NCBI GenBank assembly: GCA_964016885.1
Contig: OZ024742.1
Location: forward strand, 259,346,001 to 259,410,000
DNA: 64,000 bases
Direction of reading: 5' to 3'
Origin: Eledone cirrhosa
Taxonomy: Eukaryota
Part shown: in pieces, positions 30,257-47,012 of the stretch
How positions within the stretch are numbered: the first letter of the stretch is position 1
Layout of the letters: the number at the start of each line of letters is the position of its first letter
Position numbers and translations under genes: made by a program
Notes under the pieces: generated by a model
Databases searched by the model: none
What the model was told of the DNA's origin: nothing
Seen by the model: the letters and a program-made list of their open reading frames with translations, nothing else

Positions 30257-30444
30257 GGCGGTGGATTGGCACTATCGGTAGAGGGTCGGACGCCATGCTT
30301 TCCAGCATAGTTACGTCCCTTTACGATCTGAGTTCAAATCCCGCCGAGGTTGACTTTGCCTTTCATCCTTACGGGGTCGATAAAATAAAGTACCAGTAAC
30401 GCACTGGGTAATTGCTGGCCTTGTGCCTAAAGTAGAAACAATTA
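30257..30444 (+). mobile_element. S1 SINE
   Basis: Nearly identical to 9956-10146. Confidence 0.9.
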
Positions 30445-31904
30445 TAAAGTGAACATAATAGTTATTATGTGTTTGTTTGAAAGTCTGAAATTACGCTTTC
30501 GTTGTGCAATTGCTTAATATTAATATTGGCCAGAGAATCCGAACAGATGAGACTCAAACCCAGCAGTTGTCTACGTTGATTATTGTTTCTAATTAAGCAC
30601 AGGGTGAGTAATTGTTGAAGAAATGTGTGACAAAGCTGGCTCATATACAACCCGTCCTATCTATTTGAATTAGCAGCAGCAATGTGAAATAAAGTACCTT
30701 GTTCAAAGACACAACGCACCACCCGGTTAGAGAATAGTACTTAGGATCCCAAGATCTTGAGCCCAATATCCTAACCACTGAGACACGTGCTTCCAACAAA
30801 ACTGCTACCTAAATCTGGAAAAAAATGGATACCTGAATATTCGGATGTAGAAATTTTGAAAAGTTTTACCAATACCATTTTCCCAAAAAGTAAATCATTA
30901 ATTTCAGTTATAATTATCGTTGTACTTTTAAATCATCAAAACGAATGGCCTACGGTGGCATGTTTTTTTAAAATATAATTCTACTCTGTTCAAGTGGAAA
31001 ATCAATAGTGTCTTCTAGTATCGCAGAAATAGTTTTTACCTCATACCACCAAAAAAAAGCTTATTGTTAATATAGAATAGAGAACAGAAAAAAGAAAGCA
31101 GAAAAAATTTACATTTGTTTATTTTTTTAAACGAATCCTCATTTTAACTAAATCACGTTTTGTACCACTTGAATGCGTTGAAGCCAACAATAGAATATTC
31201 TTTAATCCCACTGCAAAAGAATTTTAAAAGAAGAACGAATCCATTATAATTTGTGAGACTGGTCCATCTATGATAAAGAATTTTGCTATATCCTATAATT
31301 AATCAATACTAAATTGTAAAAGAATTTAGTATCAACACTTTGTGTGTGCGCATGTGTTCGTTGGTATAATATAAAATTATCAATGCTGATGATTGCTTAC
31401 AGTTTAACAAGCAGGCTGTATCATTGAAAGTATATTTTAAATATTATTTTGGCAAACGATATATTCAATCGACCCGCTTATATTTATATAAAAAGAAACT
31501 ATATGAATTGATTTGTTAAAATGTATTTCTATATAATCGGTGTGTCGGACAGTTAAACTACTTGAATTGATGTATTATATTTGTGGTTGAAATGAAAAGT
31601 CAATCTTGGCCGTAAAGATTGTAAGTAAATTCAACAAATTTTGCTTAGTGCTCTAATGGTACTGACTCCAACAGAAAGAACGTTTTAATTATTTTAGCAA
31701 CGGAAGGAATATTCTGCTTGTGAAATTAACAGGCAATCACTTAGCATTCCATAGGAATATACAGGATTAGCATAACGTGCAGGGTGGGTCAGCATGACAG
31801 AAAAAAGGTGGGCAGTTTGAATAACAGCCAGAGTCCATCCAGGAGATAGAACAATCAATAAAAGTAGAAATAGAAAGATAGAAGAGGGAGAGAAGGCGGA
31901 AATA

Positions 31905-31946
<42 letters not shown>

Positions 31947-31985
31947 ATATTAAATAAATTAAAACTATATTTATAAAACTATATT

Positions 31986-32046
31986 TATTCTATTATATAT
32001 ATTTCAAGGGTACCAACACTTTGGTACGCACTCATCAGATAAAATA
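31986..32046 (-). ncRNA. Hammerhead, same family as 55007
   Basis: TATTTTAT-CTGATGA-GTGCGTACCAA-AGTG-TTGGTACCCTT-GAAA-TATATATA-ATAGAATA. Confidence 0.75.
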
Positions 32047-32454
32047 CAAAGTTTGTTTTATAAATATTGACATATCCAGGACGAAGATCTTAACGGTTCA
32101 AGTTTTTCCTGTCGAATGTTATGTGTATATATATGTATGGATATATATATATGTATGTATATATATGTATATATATATGTGTGTGTGTCTGTTTTGATTC
32201 CACTTCTCCTCATTTTTTGTATCAATAACATCAATGACCTCATCAAGTAGAACTACATAAGGGTCTTTGCAGATGAGTCTAAGATCCAGAAGGTCATCAG
32301 TCAAGTGGTAGATCGGACATGCCTTCAATCATATCTACTTGCCGTAATTTATTGGGTGGTATTAAAACAATAGTCTGCTGAAAGAGTATTAATTCAAATT
32401 ATTCCACTTCGGAAAGGAGGATGCACTGAAACTACCATATTCTCTTCCCTCAGG

Positions 32455-33134
32455 CAAGGCTGGATATAATGGGGTCAAAGGAGGAAAGTTCCATGTGGCT
32501 CCCTCAGCGGAGTCCTCGCCACCGACGGCCCTTTCTGCCCTCTGTTGAAATTTTTTGTTTTATCCCTTTGACAACGAGAACTTTATTTTTCACGAAATGT
32601 TTTTAATGGCCTTACTGTAACACTATTCATCAAATTTTGTCAACTTTAGGGGTGTCAGGTTGTTATTAATGTCCCTGTGTAAAGTGGTTCTACTGCAAAA
32701 ACAATGCAGCCAATAAACACTCTAAAGTGGTTATGTTATCTTGCCATAGAAACCGTGCCAAATATGTTATGTATAAGCAAGATGATGTCGCTCCGATATA
32801 TGTAGTCTCGGACTGCTATGTTTGGAAGGACATCCAACCATAGAAACCGTGCCAAATATGTTATGTATAAGCAAGATGATGTCGCTCCGATGTATCTTGT
32901 CTCGGACTGCAACAATCTGTCCAAAGATTGCCAGTGTGGAATGTGGAATTAAAATAAGGAGTATTAGATTTTTTTTATTTAATACCTGTATGAATAAATT
33001 TTCAATTCCAACTACTTTCGCCAGCTGACTTTGAAATGCAAAATTGAGGCTTGATGTGTATTATTATTTTTTTTATTATGAGGGGCCTCCCAAACCTAAA
33101 GTGCTCGGGCTTTCCAAGGTCAAAATTGGGACTG
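32455..33134. mobile_element. Probable non-autonomous hAT-type DNA transposon
   Basis: Exact 8-bp direct repeat CCCTCAGG at 32447-32454 and 33135-33142; ends CAAGGCTGG...GGGACTG (degenerate TIRs); internal ~96-bp tandem duplication at about 32744-32910. Confidence 0.5.
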
Positions 33135-34097
33135 CCCTCAGGTGAAACCCTCGTGGCATACAACAATTTCAGAGATCTCGGAATAATTGCTGATAACAAC
33201 ATACATTTATATACGAATATATATCATAGATTGAGTTAGAAATTCAAAATAGTCTTTTACAATTAAATAGCTCAAGGAAGGGAATCTTTCCGAGCTGTGT
33301 AAATACAATTGAATATATGGGAGGGATGAACACCGATACAAGTATACATGTGTTGGAATTACAAATGACCAAGTTAGCTAGGTTGAAAAAATATTAATTT
33401 AAAACAATATGGTTTGCCTGTCTCGATTTAAAGTAATAAATCAATAAAAATAACAAAGCTATATTGGGCAACTGCCTTCGATACTCGATACTTCGATACT
33501 AAAATCTGTTTCGTAAGAATTATTAAGTGAAAGCCACCATTCCTGTGTTCTTCTGTGGGTATCCAGGAAATTCGTACCATTCACTTCAAAATATCTAGGA
33601 AGACTGAACTATGTGTTGATATAAAAGCACGTGTTGCAGAGCCTAGCGCGTCTCATACTCATGCTGTTAAAAATAGCAGCCGGTTTTATGAGACTAAAGT
33701 TAGGTCTATGTATGGAGCCGAGAATATCATAGATTGAGTTAGAAACTCAAAATAGTCTTTTAGAATTAAAGAGCTCAAGGAAGGGAATCTTTCCGAACAT
33801 GAATATATATAAATGTGTGTGTGTATGTATAGATATACATATATATATATGCTTGTTTGTGTAGATATAGATCTCAGAATAATTGCCGATAACAACATAC
33901 ATTTATATGTGAATATATATTATAGATTGAGTTAGCAACACAAAGTAGTCTTTTACAATTAAAGAGCTCAAGGAAGGGAATCTTTCCGAACATGAATATA
34001 TATAAATGTGTGCGTGTATGTATAGATATACATATATATATTTATATATATATGCTTGTATCTGTAGATATATTGTATATATATATATATGTATATG

Positions 34098-34240
<143 letters not shown>

Positions 34241-35281
34241 ATTATAATAACAGATTCAAGTTTAAGCAAAGAATCGCTGCTTTCACCTTTAACGGGATCT
34301 TCTGAAACTAAAAAAAAATCAATATGTGAAGGCAGAAGTAAATATTTCGTAAAACGTTGCAACCGAAGGGAAACAGGAAGACGATACTTTGCTTCGTGAA
34401 TGAAAGGAAAAAAGCGAAGATAATACGTCGTTATGTGGAGCGGTGAGAACAATTACACGCAAAGACAAAACCACGTTTATGGTATAAATGGAGTCGTAGA
34501 CTAATCTATTTAGGAAACCGAATGATTCTCGGCTTCAGAGTTAAGAATAATGTAAATAAATTAGTAGAACGAAAATGACAGAGGTTATTAAAATCATAAA
34601 AGTAATAATAATTAAATATATACATACACGCATTTATATACACATATACACGTACATACACAAAAACACCCGCCACGCATGCATATACAAGCACGTACAC
34701 ATACAAAACCGGCGCAACACTTGTACTCGCACACATATGAAAGTATACACCAAATACACATAAAAAAATATATATATGCACACATAAATGCGTATATAAC
34801 GCACTCACGCACATACAGGTAAAAACACATATGTTCAGCAAACGTACGTCAACCACAATACAATGTACACATATACACACCTTACATATGTGCAAACACG
34901 CACAAACACAAAATACACATATACACATGTACCAGTATATAAGTATATATAATATAATATATACACCTATAACAAATACAAGATTATATACGTACGTGAA
35001 AGTATACGTACCTTCACAAAACATACAGGTAATATGTACTTACCTATGCAAATAAGTAATGGTATAAACATAAAACATACTTATCTACCACATCCAGACG
35101 TAAATTATCCGCTTATTGTTCGTACTATCCGTTAGGGTATAACGTGGAGCTGTAATACAGGAAAGTGTTATGCAATTTGTGTTTACAAGCCGAAATTGCC
35201 TCAGATTCTTTGTTTAAGATGTGATCATTGGCGTAGAGCATTTCCAGAGCTTCAGCGGCGCAAAGATCGCATGGTCTTTTA
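34241..35281 (-). mobile_element. PLE 3' remnant (endonuclease C-terminus, 3' region, pLTR)
   Basis: 35125-35281 encodes KRPCDLCAAEALEML...ILNKESEAISACKHK, resembling the C-terminus of ORF 15170. The terminus 34250-34400 is homologous to about 52350-52495. Confidence 0.7.
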
Positions 35282-35284
35282 TTA

Positions 35285-35329
<45 letters not shown>

Positions 35330-35769
35330 TTATATATGTATGTATATATGCATATATATGTGTGTGCGTGTGTATGTTTGTGTGTGTTTTTTGGGGTTGA
35401 ATAATCTGTATTAGTTGATCTAAACAATCAACTAAATATGACCTATTGAAGTACTCTACGTACCTTGCATCCATAAAAGTATGTTACATATGGTATCAGA
35501 CGTACTATCGTTATCTTGTAAGGAGAGGCGGTTTAACATTTTATCTTTTCGTTTATTATTTTACATAACACCCATTATTTCCATTTTCCAAGGCATTAAA
35601 ATCTCATTCTGAAAAAGTCATTTGAAATGTGTTGTCGGTAGACAGGTGGTAAAAATGTTAACAATATTCTTGCTTGAGGTTTCTAGATATTCCCACTGTT
35701 GAAGAGATGTTGTTCACTACACACACACATATATATGTATTTAAAAAAAAAGTCTTTCTTAAGCTAGAG

Positions 35770-36021
35770 GCTCATTTGACCGGTGCTTATCCCGGTTTCA
35801 TGGCGTGAAGAGACAGAGAGTACAAAACTCCCCCCTGGACAGGACGCCAGTCCATCGCAGGCTTAAACCACCAGCTATTGCTGGTACTCATTTTTCAGCT
35901 GAGTATACTGGAGCAACGTGAAATGAATTGTTTTTCTCAAGAACACAACACGCAACACAGGAATCGAACCCACGACAATATGATCGTTAGTCCAACACCC
36001 TTACCACTAGGACACGTGCCT
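35770..36021 (-). mobile_element. Second tRNA-derived SINE family
   Basis: Minus strand starts AGGCACGTGTCCTAGTGGTAAGG...GGGTTCGATTCC (A/B boxes); body contains GATGGACTGGCGTCCTGTCCAGGGGG. Confidence 0.75.
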
Positions 36022-36110
36022 CCACCTATATATGTATATATATATGTAGGAGTTGATTTAACACTTCACTGCTCGCAAGTGTTTTTTAAGCTTCATATCA
36101 AGTCTCCCTA

Positions 36111-36177
36111 TTTTATCTGATGAGAACGCAAATATCATCCCATGATGACATTTGTTTTTGAAATACGCATAATAAAA
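36111..36177 (+). ncRNA. Diverged hammerhead of the 5203 family (solo pLTR piece, about 36050-36210)
   Basis: TTTTAT-CTGATGA-GAACGCAAATATCATC...GATGACATTTGTTTTT-GAAA-TACGCATA-ATAAAA. Confidence 0.7.
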
Positions 36178-36205
36178 AAAATGGTAGTCTTTTAACCATC
36201 TTTTG

Positions 36206-36253
<48 letters not shown>

Positions 36254-37944
36254 GGCGGGGGGGTTATATACATATATATATATACATATATATATATGGA
36301 TACGCATATATATGGATACACATATATATATAGATATAGATATCGATATAATATATATATATATGTGTGTGTATGTATGTATGTATGTATGTATGTATGT
36401 ATGTATGTATGTATGTTTGTGTGTGGGTGTTTGTGTGTGTGTGTGTGTGTGTTTATGTGTGTGTGTGTGTGTGTGTGTGCATGTCTATATATATATATAT
36501 GTTTTACTAGTTTGATTCATTTCAATGCGGTCATGCTGGGGTGTCACGTTGATTGAATCAATCACATCGATTCGAATAGCTCTTCGGTGATTAGTTGCTT
36601 GAAAAATCGAGCACTCTTGTTGGAGAAATTATTTTTTAAATGTTTGATTGCATATACAGTATTTTATCTTTTACATCATACAACCATTTATGGTATACTG
36701 ATATATATGAATATATGTAAATATATATAGATATATGTATCCATATCTGTGTCTGTATAAACTTGTATGGATTTGTATGCGCGTGTGGGTGTATACGGTA
36801 TAGATGCGAATATGTTTGTTTGCATTAATTATTAAGCCATTTATTTTGCAATAGTCTCAAGTCAAATGTTATCAACTGAAAGTAAAATAGATATAGTTGT
36901 TTACTTCATTCATTAATCAAAGATTTTGAAGAAGAAATAATTTAATTTCTTTATATATTTCTATGGAACTGTCTTGTTAATTTTTCTCTTTTATTTTCTC
37001 TGTCTTTATTTAGTAGCTCTGCTTTGTTTTGTTCCACTATTATTTTCGTCGTTCTATATTTAAACCACATTTCTATTTATTTTTCTTTAGTAGTCTTCAA
37101 TGAACAATAATTTGTGAGGTTTTCCGAATTCAATAACATTAATAGCATAAATGATATTAGTAGCATTAGCTATGCTTTATGTTGTATGTTAGATTTCTGA
37201 ATAGATGATAAATAAAATATAATTCTCGAAGGCGTTTTATTTGTTTTGTATATTTAAAGTGGCAATCTAAATAATATATCTTACCTTAAGTTAATTACAT
37301 ACGTGATCTCCAAATTTGTTCATGCTACAATCCACAAATAATACTGAAAGTATTATAAAGAACCCTTAAATTTAATATTCCACCACGAACTTGATATCTC
37401 AATCAAATATTACTGAGAAGAATATATATAAACCCGAAACTCTTAGTAAGATTGTAAAGGCGCCGTTCGGACATACTCCGTATCTTGGGCTTTTGAGGAC
37501 GGGTGGAGCCCATCCTCCCTCCAGTTCTGAGACTAGACACAATACTGAGCTGGTAATAGTTTTCCCGGTCTCGAGAGGATGATGAGCAATTTAGACAGTG
37601 CTGGGACAAATTCCACAAAGCATTCTATTGAAGTTCTAATGACTCTGCCAATTCGCCACCCCTGAGAAACATAACGAACGCCTAAACTTCATGATCAATG
37701 ATACGAAACCAAATTATTTCTAAAAGAAATATAAACAAAATCCCTTAAAATTGATGATAATATAAATGATATATACGATCACAGAATTATATTTTCTTTC
37801 ATAAAAAGTGTAAAAATATGAATAGAAGTTCGAGTCATTGGTATAGTTTTACAACTCTTTAGAATATATATAGTTCTACCCTTGTATTGAATTTTTCTTC
37901 TCATCTTTATATAACCAAACATACTCATACACATACACACTATA

Positions 37945-38003
<59 letters not shown>

Positions 38004-38252
38004 ACGATGTACGATGCCGACTGGTGAATTTCCTTTAAATATTGATTGCTGCAACAATAAAAATTTAGAGGGATTACATCAGTCCGGCGTCCAGTCTTTT
38101 TATTCAATGATAATTAACTCCGTTCCCGCACCACCAACAGGATTCAAAATCAAATATGGATGTGATGCGTAACGTCGAGTGCTTTTATTTTGTAACACAT
38201 TATGGTCAACTATACGGAATGACCAGCTCTATCCAAACTTCAATGAATATGA

Positions 38253-38321
<69 letters not shown>

Positions 38322-40409
38322 AAGCCTAGTTCTGTAATGCCTTTATTGTAATTAAATTCTGGCACTCGATGATTGTGGAACTAAATTAAACACCGATTCC
38401 CGTGCCGTCTGATAAATATATTTGCTCCTGAGGACATCTACTAAATATTGTCATTGTCTGTTTCGATTCTCTAAACATTATATTTCAATACATCATAATT
38501 TGTCTTTACAAAAGCTAATTGGTATGATTAAGTTCATATATATCGCAAGGTTGTCATGTTAAATGCTGAATCTAATTTTGTCGATGGATTATTTCGGATA
38601 TATTTGATATGATTTGTTATACATTTAGTATATTTAAGTGGGGCAGGGAACTGCCAAAGTCGATAGAATGTCGAATAGAATGCTTCGTGGCAATCTAATC
38701 CAACTAATTTCAACCTGGCCTTTCATTTCTAGACGAAATCGGCCTTCATCAGACCTGGAATGCTTCAAATGCTCAAAACACACCGTCTGGCCTTAAATCA
38801 CCCCTACGACCTCATCAGATGTTCAGATACCTTTCCATTATATAAAAAATAAACTTGTTTTAATGCAACTAGTTTTTTACTCTTTAACATATTTGTTCTC
38901 TCTAAAATTTAAACTAGAGGGCAACGTATGTATTGTACTGCGATGTATTGTACTGTGTTGTGTTGTAGAGTATTGTGCTGAATACCAAGAAAGGGGGAAA
39001 CATTGTTATATACATACCGATCACGGGGATAAAAATGATGTCTGTGAATTTTGTTTATTGTAATTTATTTCTGAATAATTGGCAGAAATTCAATTCAGTG
39101 TTTATGGTTGATGAGAGTGGAATATGATTCACACAATGGTAGCTATCATCTTCTTTCTGAGCAAAGAAAACGGGTATAACAAATATTTTGTATAGTGAAA
39201 ACAATTGGCCGAATAACAGCAACAATTACAGCAGTAAATGTAACACAAATATGAATGATAATGAAACTTTACCAACAAAGACAAGAATTTTATAGTTAGA
39301 TAAAAAGTTAGACTCTTACAAACGACTTCAGAATATAATAGAATGCATGCAAAACTCTCCAACTAACAAATAAAAGATAGATTTAACAGGGAGGCTCTAT
39401 CTACTAGAAACAATGGTCAAATAGTCATCAAAAAATATTATATTGTATGTATATATATGTGTTGAAAGTTCCTAGCATTCACTCCGCCTTCACCATTTCC
39501 CGGATCTATCAACCTCCACGCACTTAGTGACTTCACATTTTGTAGCTTAACCTTTTGCAGTTTAACAACCATATCGTCGTACCTGAAGCTAAGCAGGTTC
39601 TATAAGGTAACCACCATATTTGCTACCACTTCCTTTTCTAAACAACACTTCACGACTGCTACTATGTGTGTATATATGTTTCTATATATAGAAATTCATT
39701 TACAATCCTGTGCATCCGTTTGCGTTGGTGAGTTCACGCGCGTACTCTTATTCACGCGTCCACTCCCTCACAGCAGCCATCCTGTCAAGGTCCAGCGGCA
39801 ACCCTTCCTACATACGAAAACACCTACATACTCTCACACACACACAGGCACACATACGCACGCGCACAAACACTCATGCATGCTTGCACGCGTACTCACA
39901 TGTACAACCCAATTAAACTATCATTACCTCCGTCCCTTAACCTCTGCAACACGTTTGATATCACTTGGCCAGCAAATCTCTAAATTGGCTGACTGATACG
40001 CACGTGTGTTTTTTTCTCACAGTTTTTTTCTCATTTTTCAATCCCTTCTTCTTTTCACTCTTTATCTTCTATTTCAAATTCTATCTTCTAGTGAAGGTCT
40101 GCGGTCCGAAATGTTAAGATGTTTTCCTGTTGTTTCAACTGTTCAAATAATATATTTCTTCCATGTTCAGTGTCATTTGCTTTGCTTTGTTATTTCTGTG
40201 AAATTATATATATATAAACAATTAAGTTAAAACGAAACGAAATTTAATTTCATTTCGTTATTTGTTTTTATATATATATATATATATATATAAGATATGT
40301 TTTTCGCTTTTCTTAAATAACAAGGTCTGGCGATCAGATCGAGTTGGAGTCGGGTCTATACCATTTATACATAACCTGAGCCACCCCGCTTTGTTTTCAA
40401 CATGTGTGT

Positions 40410-40573
<164 letters not shown>

Positions 40574-41513
40574 GTGTGTGTGCGTGGATGTATATAGATA
40601 TATGAATTTATGGAAGTATTTATATCACCACTACTTCACTACATATTTCTGTAATATGTACACCATCCCACTCGCACGAACCGAACTTATGTTCTCAATG
40701 TGATGCAAACAGTCACCATTCCAGACACTGCTATCTGACCACTTCCTGAAATAGCGCAGTCAACTGACCACTGCACGCCATTCTAATTTGGAACACACAC
40801 ACACACTCTAATATGGACAGTGATACGCGCTTATGCACACACACCTGTTAATACATATACCCAAACTAATAATAGTCATGTGAACACCATCACATACATG
40901 CCAGCGGTTTCCTTTCTTGAGGGACTTACCGCGTACTTGGGTTTTCTTTTTCCCAGTGTCTCTGTTTTTCATATCATATAATATATATATATATATAATA
41001 TATATGATATATATATATAATATATATAATATGTATATATAATATATACAGTATATAATATATATAACATATATATAAAATATATAATATATATATGTAT
41101 ATATAATACATATAATATATATATAATATATATATAATGTATATACAATATATATATATTAATATATATAATATAATGTATATATAATATATATATAATA
41201 TATATATAATATATATTTAATATATATAATATATATATACATATAATATATATATAATATATACATATATAATATATATATAAAATATATATATATATAT
41301 ACATTATATATATATTATATATATATTATATAATACATATATATATTATATATGTTATATATATTATATATATTATATACTTTATATATTATATATACAT
41401 ATTATATATATTATATATATATTATATATATTATGTATATATTATATATATATCATATATATTATATAATATATATATATATTATATATATATATAATAT
41501 ATAATATATATAT

Positions 41514-41604
<91 letters not shown>

Positions 41605-41793
41605 AAAAAATTAGAGCAAAGATCACGAGCGCTCTATCTCAAAATTATTTTTGGAAAGCATTAGAAATGCGCAACCGGTAAAAACTTTAAACTAAAACTG
41701 AATACTAACCAATACTTATTACTATTTTATACTTATTCCTAATTAAACTATTTTTGACTGGGAAAAATTTGTCACCATTTTCTTTTTCTTTTA

Positions 41794-41828
<35 letters not shown>

Positions 41829-41956
41829 AAAGTTATATTTAAATTGTTGGGTTAACAACGAGTAAATATTTATAACTGATATAAAAGCACTCAACAAGTA
41901 TTTGGAGTATATTTATGATATTAAATAAATGGAAACTATATTTATAAAACCATATT

Positions 41957-42022
41957 TATTTCGTTATATATATTTCAGGGATATCATATTAACAATATGT
42001 TATGCCTTCTTCAGACAAAATA
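41957..42022 (-). ncRNA. Hammerhead, same family, covarying stems
   Basis: TATTTTGT-CTGAAGA-AGGCATAACATATT-GTT-AATATGATATCCCT-GAAA-TATATATA-ACGAAATA. Confidence 0.8.
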
Positions 42023-42275
42023 CAATATAAACAGTCTTATAAATAAATAGATACGACATACCTTTCAATCACCTTGCATTTGGGAGGTTGATTTGGCAGT
42101 GTACTGTACAGCAACACTCATCTTTTTTCATTTCCCCGAGGGTTATAAACCCCACTATCAGGCTAGAAATTTCTTTAGTCTAAAATACGGTGAAAGCTTA
42201 TAATTTCTAATTTCTAATTTCAAACTCGCGCGCCGTTTCAAAAACATACTTACATGTTTACGTTTATAATTTGCT

Positions 42276-42343
<68 letters not shown>

Positions 42344-43791
42344 TCGTTATATATATTATATATATATATATAATATATATATATATATTCGTTAGCTTTC
42401 CCGCAACCAGAGCTCCGATTATGCTGTACTACATTCTTGTATATATATATAATATATATATATATATAATATAGTTCTAGTTTCTTCGACTTAGCGTTTA
42501 TCCACTTCTCGCCCCAGCCTGTTTATTTACATTTTCTTCTTCTTGGTGTCCGTTTCTTGGTTCTTTATTTTATCTGTGCCGCATTCCAGTGTTTCATTTA
42601 CTTTTTCTTCTTCTTCATTGATGTTGTCTGAGCCGCAGGCTATCTCACTCTCAGCGGCTCCCAGACCCTTTTCGGTCGCCACGGGTTTTTGGTGGCTGGT
42701 ACTTTTTCCTTTTTCTTTGCTTTAGTCTTCTTGTTACGTCTCCTCTGGGAGGATATGTCTCAGCAGATCCATGTGTGAACTTATGTGTGTGTAAGCACGA
42801 ATAAATTCATTCTTTTTTCGCTTTATCTGCGCCACAGTTCTCAAAAAGCCGCAACTCTTTAGGTTCTCGTTAATTATTCTTTGTGATGGTAAACCACGGG
42901 CCAGGTGCCATTCTCTTAACATTGTCTCCAATTCTTTCGCAGTCTAGTTTGGTGGATTCTTTTCAATTTCAATACATTGTTCTTCTTTTGGTGCTGAGAT
43001 TTCACGAGATTTCACGAAAATGCAACGATTTTTACCTTTTCAGTTTTTCACTTCAGAGTAAATGAAAATGTATGTTCTTTCTTACTCTTAATATCTAGAT
43101 AACTAATTAAAGAAATAAATTAAATAAATATACCCCCATTAAATATTTCGATACTTAGTTAAATAAATAAAAGCTAAATAGCAAAATACAATACCAATTA
43201 GAGTATTTCAATAATTAATTAATTGAATAAATAAAACGGAATAGACACTTTACTATATCAATAAATAAAAATGAAATAAAATACTTCAGCACAATATATC
43301 AGAAATGAATACACATTAAGATAAATACAGCAAATAAAAATGAATACAGGAAATAACAATATTGTAGTTTGAGAATTAAATATATAAACAAAATATTGGA
43401 AAAACAACACATTCTTATATATTCTACATGGGAGCAAAAAATTAGACTCCAAACTTACAGAATATAAGGAAAGAAAATAAAAAATATATATTATTTACGC
43501 AGTATCTAAAGATAAATCACTGCAATGTAAGAAAATATTACTTACGCGATATTGATTCAAAATAATTCAAAATTACCACGTTGGAAAATACATTTCAGAA
43601 TTATATTATAATATGAATAAAATGCAGAAAAATAGAAACGATACTTTCAAAAGTCAGACCTTACAAGCGTATAAATATGTGTATTCATATAATTTAGATT
43701 GTTTGAAACTGGTTTTTAAGCAACAAAATTAGAGTTTTAATGAGAATCTTTACAAGCTTAGAAAAATGCTGTCCAGTGACCAGCAGCGATA

Positions 43792-43876
<85 letters not shown>

Positions 43877-44413
43877 TGAATATAAAAGAAAAACGAACAC
43901 AGATATATACATATGTGTTCAAATCGTAAGGGACCAGATTCGCTAGGGTGAAAAGAATACTGACTATAGTCAATAGGGTTAGCCTGTCTCAATTTAAGAA
44001 TAAATCAAGAAGATAAATACAAACCAGAATTGTGGTAACTACCAATAACCGAGACAGCTTTGGTACTGCTATTTCGCAAAATTAATTGTGAATAGGAATG
44101 CCAATTCTTGGTCATCAGTGGGGACGAATTAGTATCCTAGACACTTCTAATTATATTAAAAAAACTTTTAAATTCAATTATAATATACGGCTCTGAAAAA
44201 TCTATTTCCTAGAGCTATTTTATTGTAAGAGACTATTTTGAGTTTCAATATATACCTTTGATATATTCGGCTCCGTTAATTTGTCGAGGTAATTCAAATG
44301 TCGAATATACCTGGCTGCTATTTTTAGTGGTGTAAGTTTGTGAGACACGCTAAGTTCAGATTCCATGTGCGTTATTATATATAGCACACTGTTCAGTTTT
44401 TTTAATTATATTT

Positions 44414-45499
44414 ATCAAGAATGCTATAGTTAGTAATATTGGAAAAATAATATCTAACATATCTTCTCATAAAAACATCTTTGATGCTAACGCCAATTAC
44501 TATAATAACGCACTTTCTAAAGCCGGCTATCCTGATAAAATCAAATATAGTAAAGAAACAAATTCTAGAAAAACTTACAGTAGAATAATTAATCATGATC
44601 ATTCCAATAACTTTAATAAAAGACCTAGATACAAAAACATAATCTGGTATAATGCTCCTTTCTCCATCTCTATTAATAACAATATTCCTAAATTATTCTT
44701 TAGTGCCTTAAATAAATGCTTCCCTCCCTCACATATCTATAGTAAAATATTTAACAAACACACCATAACATTTTCTTATTCTACATCCTCCAATATTTCC
44801 AACATTATCTCTAAACACAACAATAAAATACTAAATACTAAATCTCTTCCTTCCAACACTGAATTTCATAATAACAGTAATAGTACTCCCGACGTCATTG
44901 TAAACCCTAGGCTAATTTCTGTAAACCCAAATACAACGTCAAACACAACTTCGCTAAATGTTCATAATCCAACTCTAAATCAAGAAACTATTATTCCTAT
45001 CGCAAACAACTTCTCCAATCCAATTCCTTCTATAGATAACACTAGGTCACTCATTAATAATCTCTCTAATTGCAACTGCCGCATTAAAAATAAATGTCCT
45101 CTCAACAACCATTGTCTTGATAAAAACTTAATTTATGAATGTAAAGTTATAACTAGCACCAATTCCTTCACCTATTTTGGCTCCACTTCCACCTCTTTTA
45201 AAGCTCGTCTCTATAATCATCATTCATCTTTTGAATACAAACTTAAAAGAACCAACACGGCTCTCTCAGAACTCATATGGTCCTTGAAAGACAAAAACAT
45301 TAAATATACCATCTTTTGGAAGAAGGTTTCTTCTGCGTTTTCATACTTGAACAGCTCTCTATCTAAAATCTGTAATCTCTGCCTAAATGAAAAATTTACC
45401 ATTATCTCTAATCTAGATTCTATAATAAATAGACGTACAGATTTGTTTTCTATCTGCTTGCATAAATTCCATAGGACTTTTCACAAAGTATACAGCTAA
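44414..45499 (+). pseudogene. 5'-truncated PLE: stop-free frame (thumb, linker, GIY-YIG)
   Basis: Hand translation without stops: IKNAIVSNIGK...YNNALSKAGY...IIWYNAPF...KCFPPSHIYSKIFNK...CNCRIKNKCPLNNHCL...LIYECKV...YFGSTST...FKARLYNH...CNLCLNEK. No start codon, so the ORF track shows only 45284-45499. Confidence 0.9.

Positions 45500-47012
<1,513 letters not shown>

Noticed and set aside
26091-32328. Short ORFs as possible host exons (26091-26399, 32119-32328)
   Set aside because: No recognisable domain or supported splice structure; small exons cannot be excluded.
33172-33990. Spaced direct repeats resembling an array or CRISPR
   Set aside because: Irregular eukaryotic repeat fragments homologous to the family C pLTR end (about 1417-1470); no cas genes.
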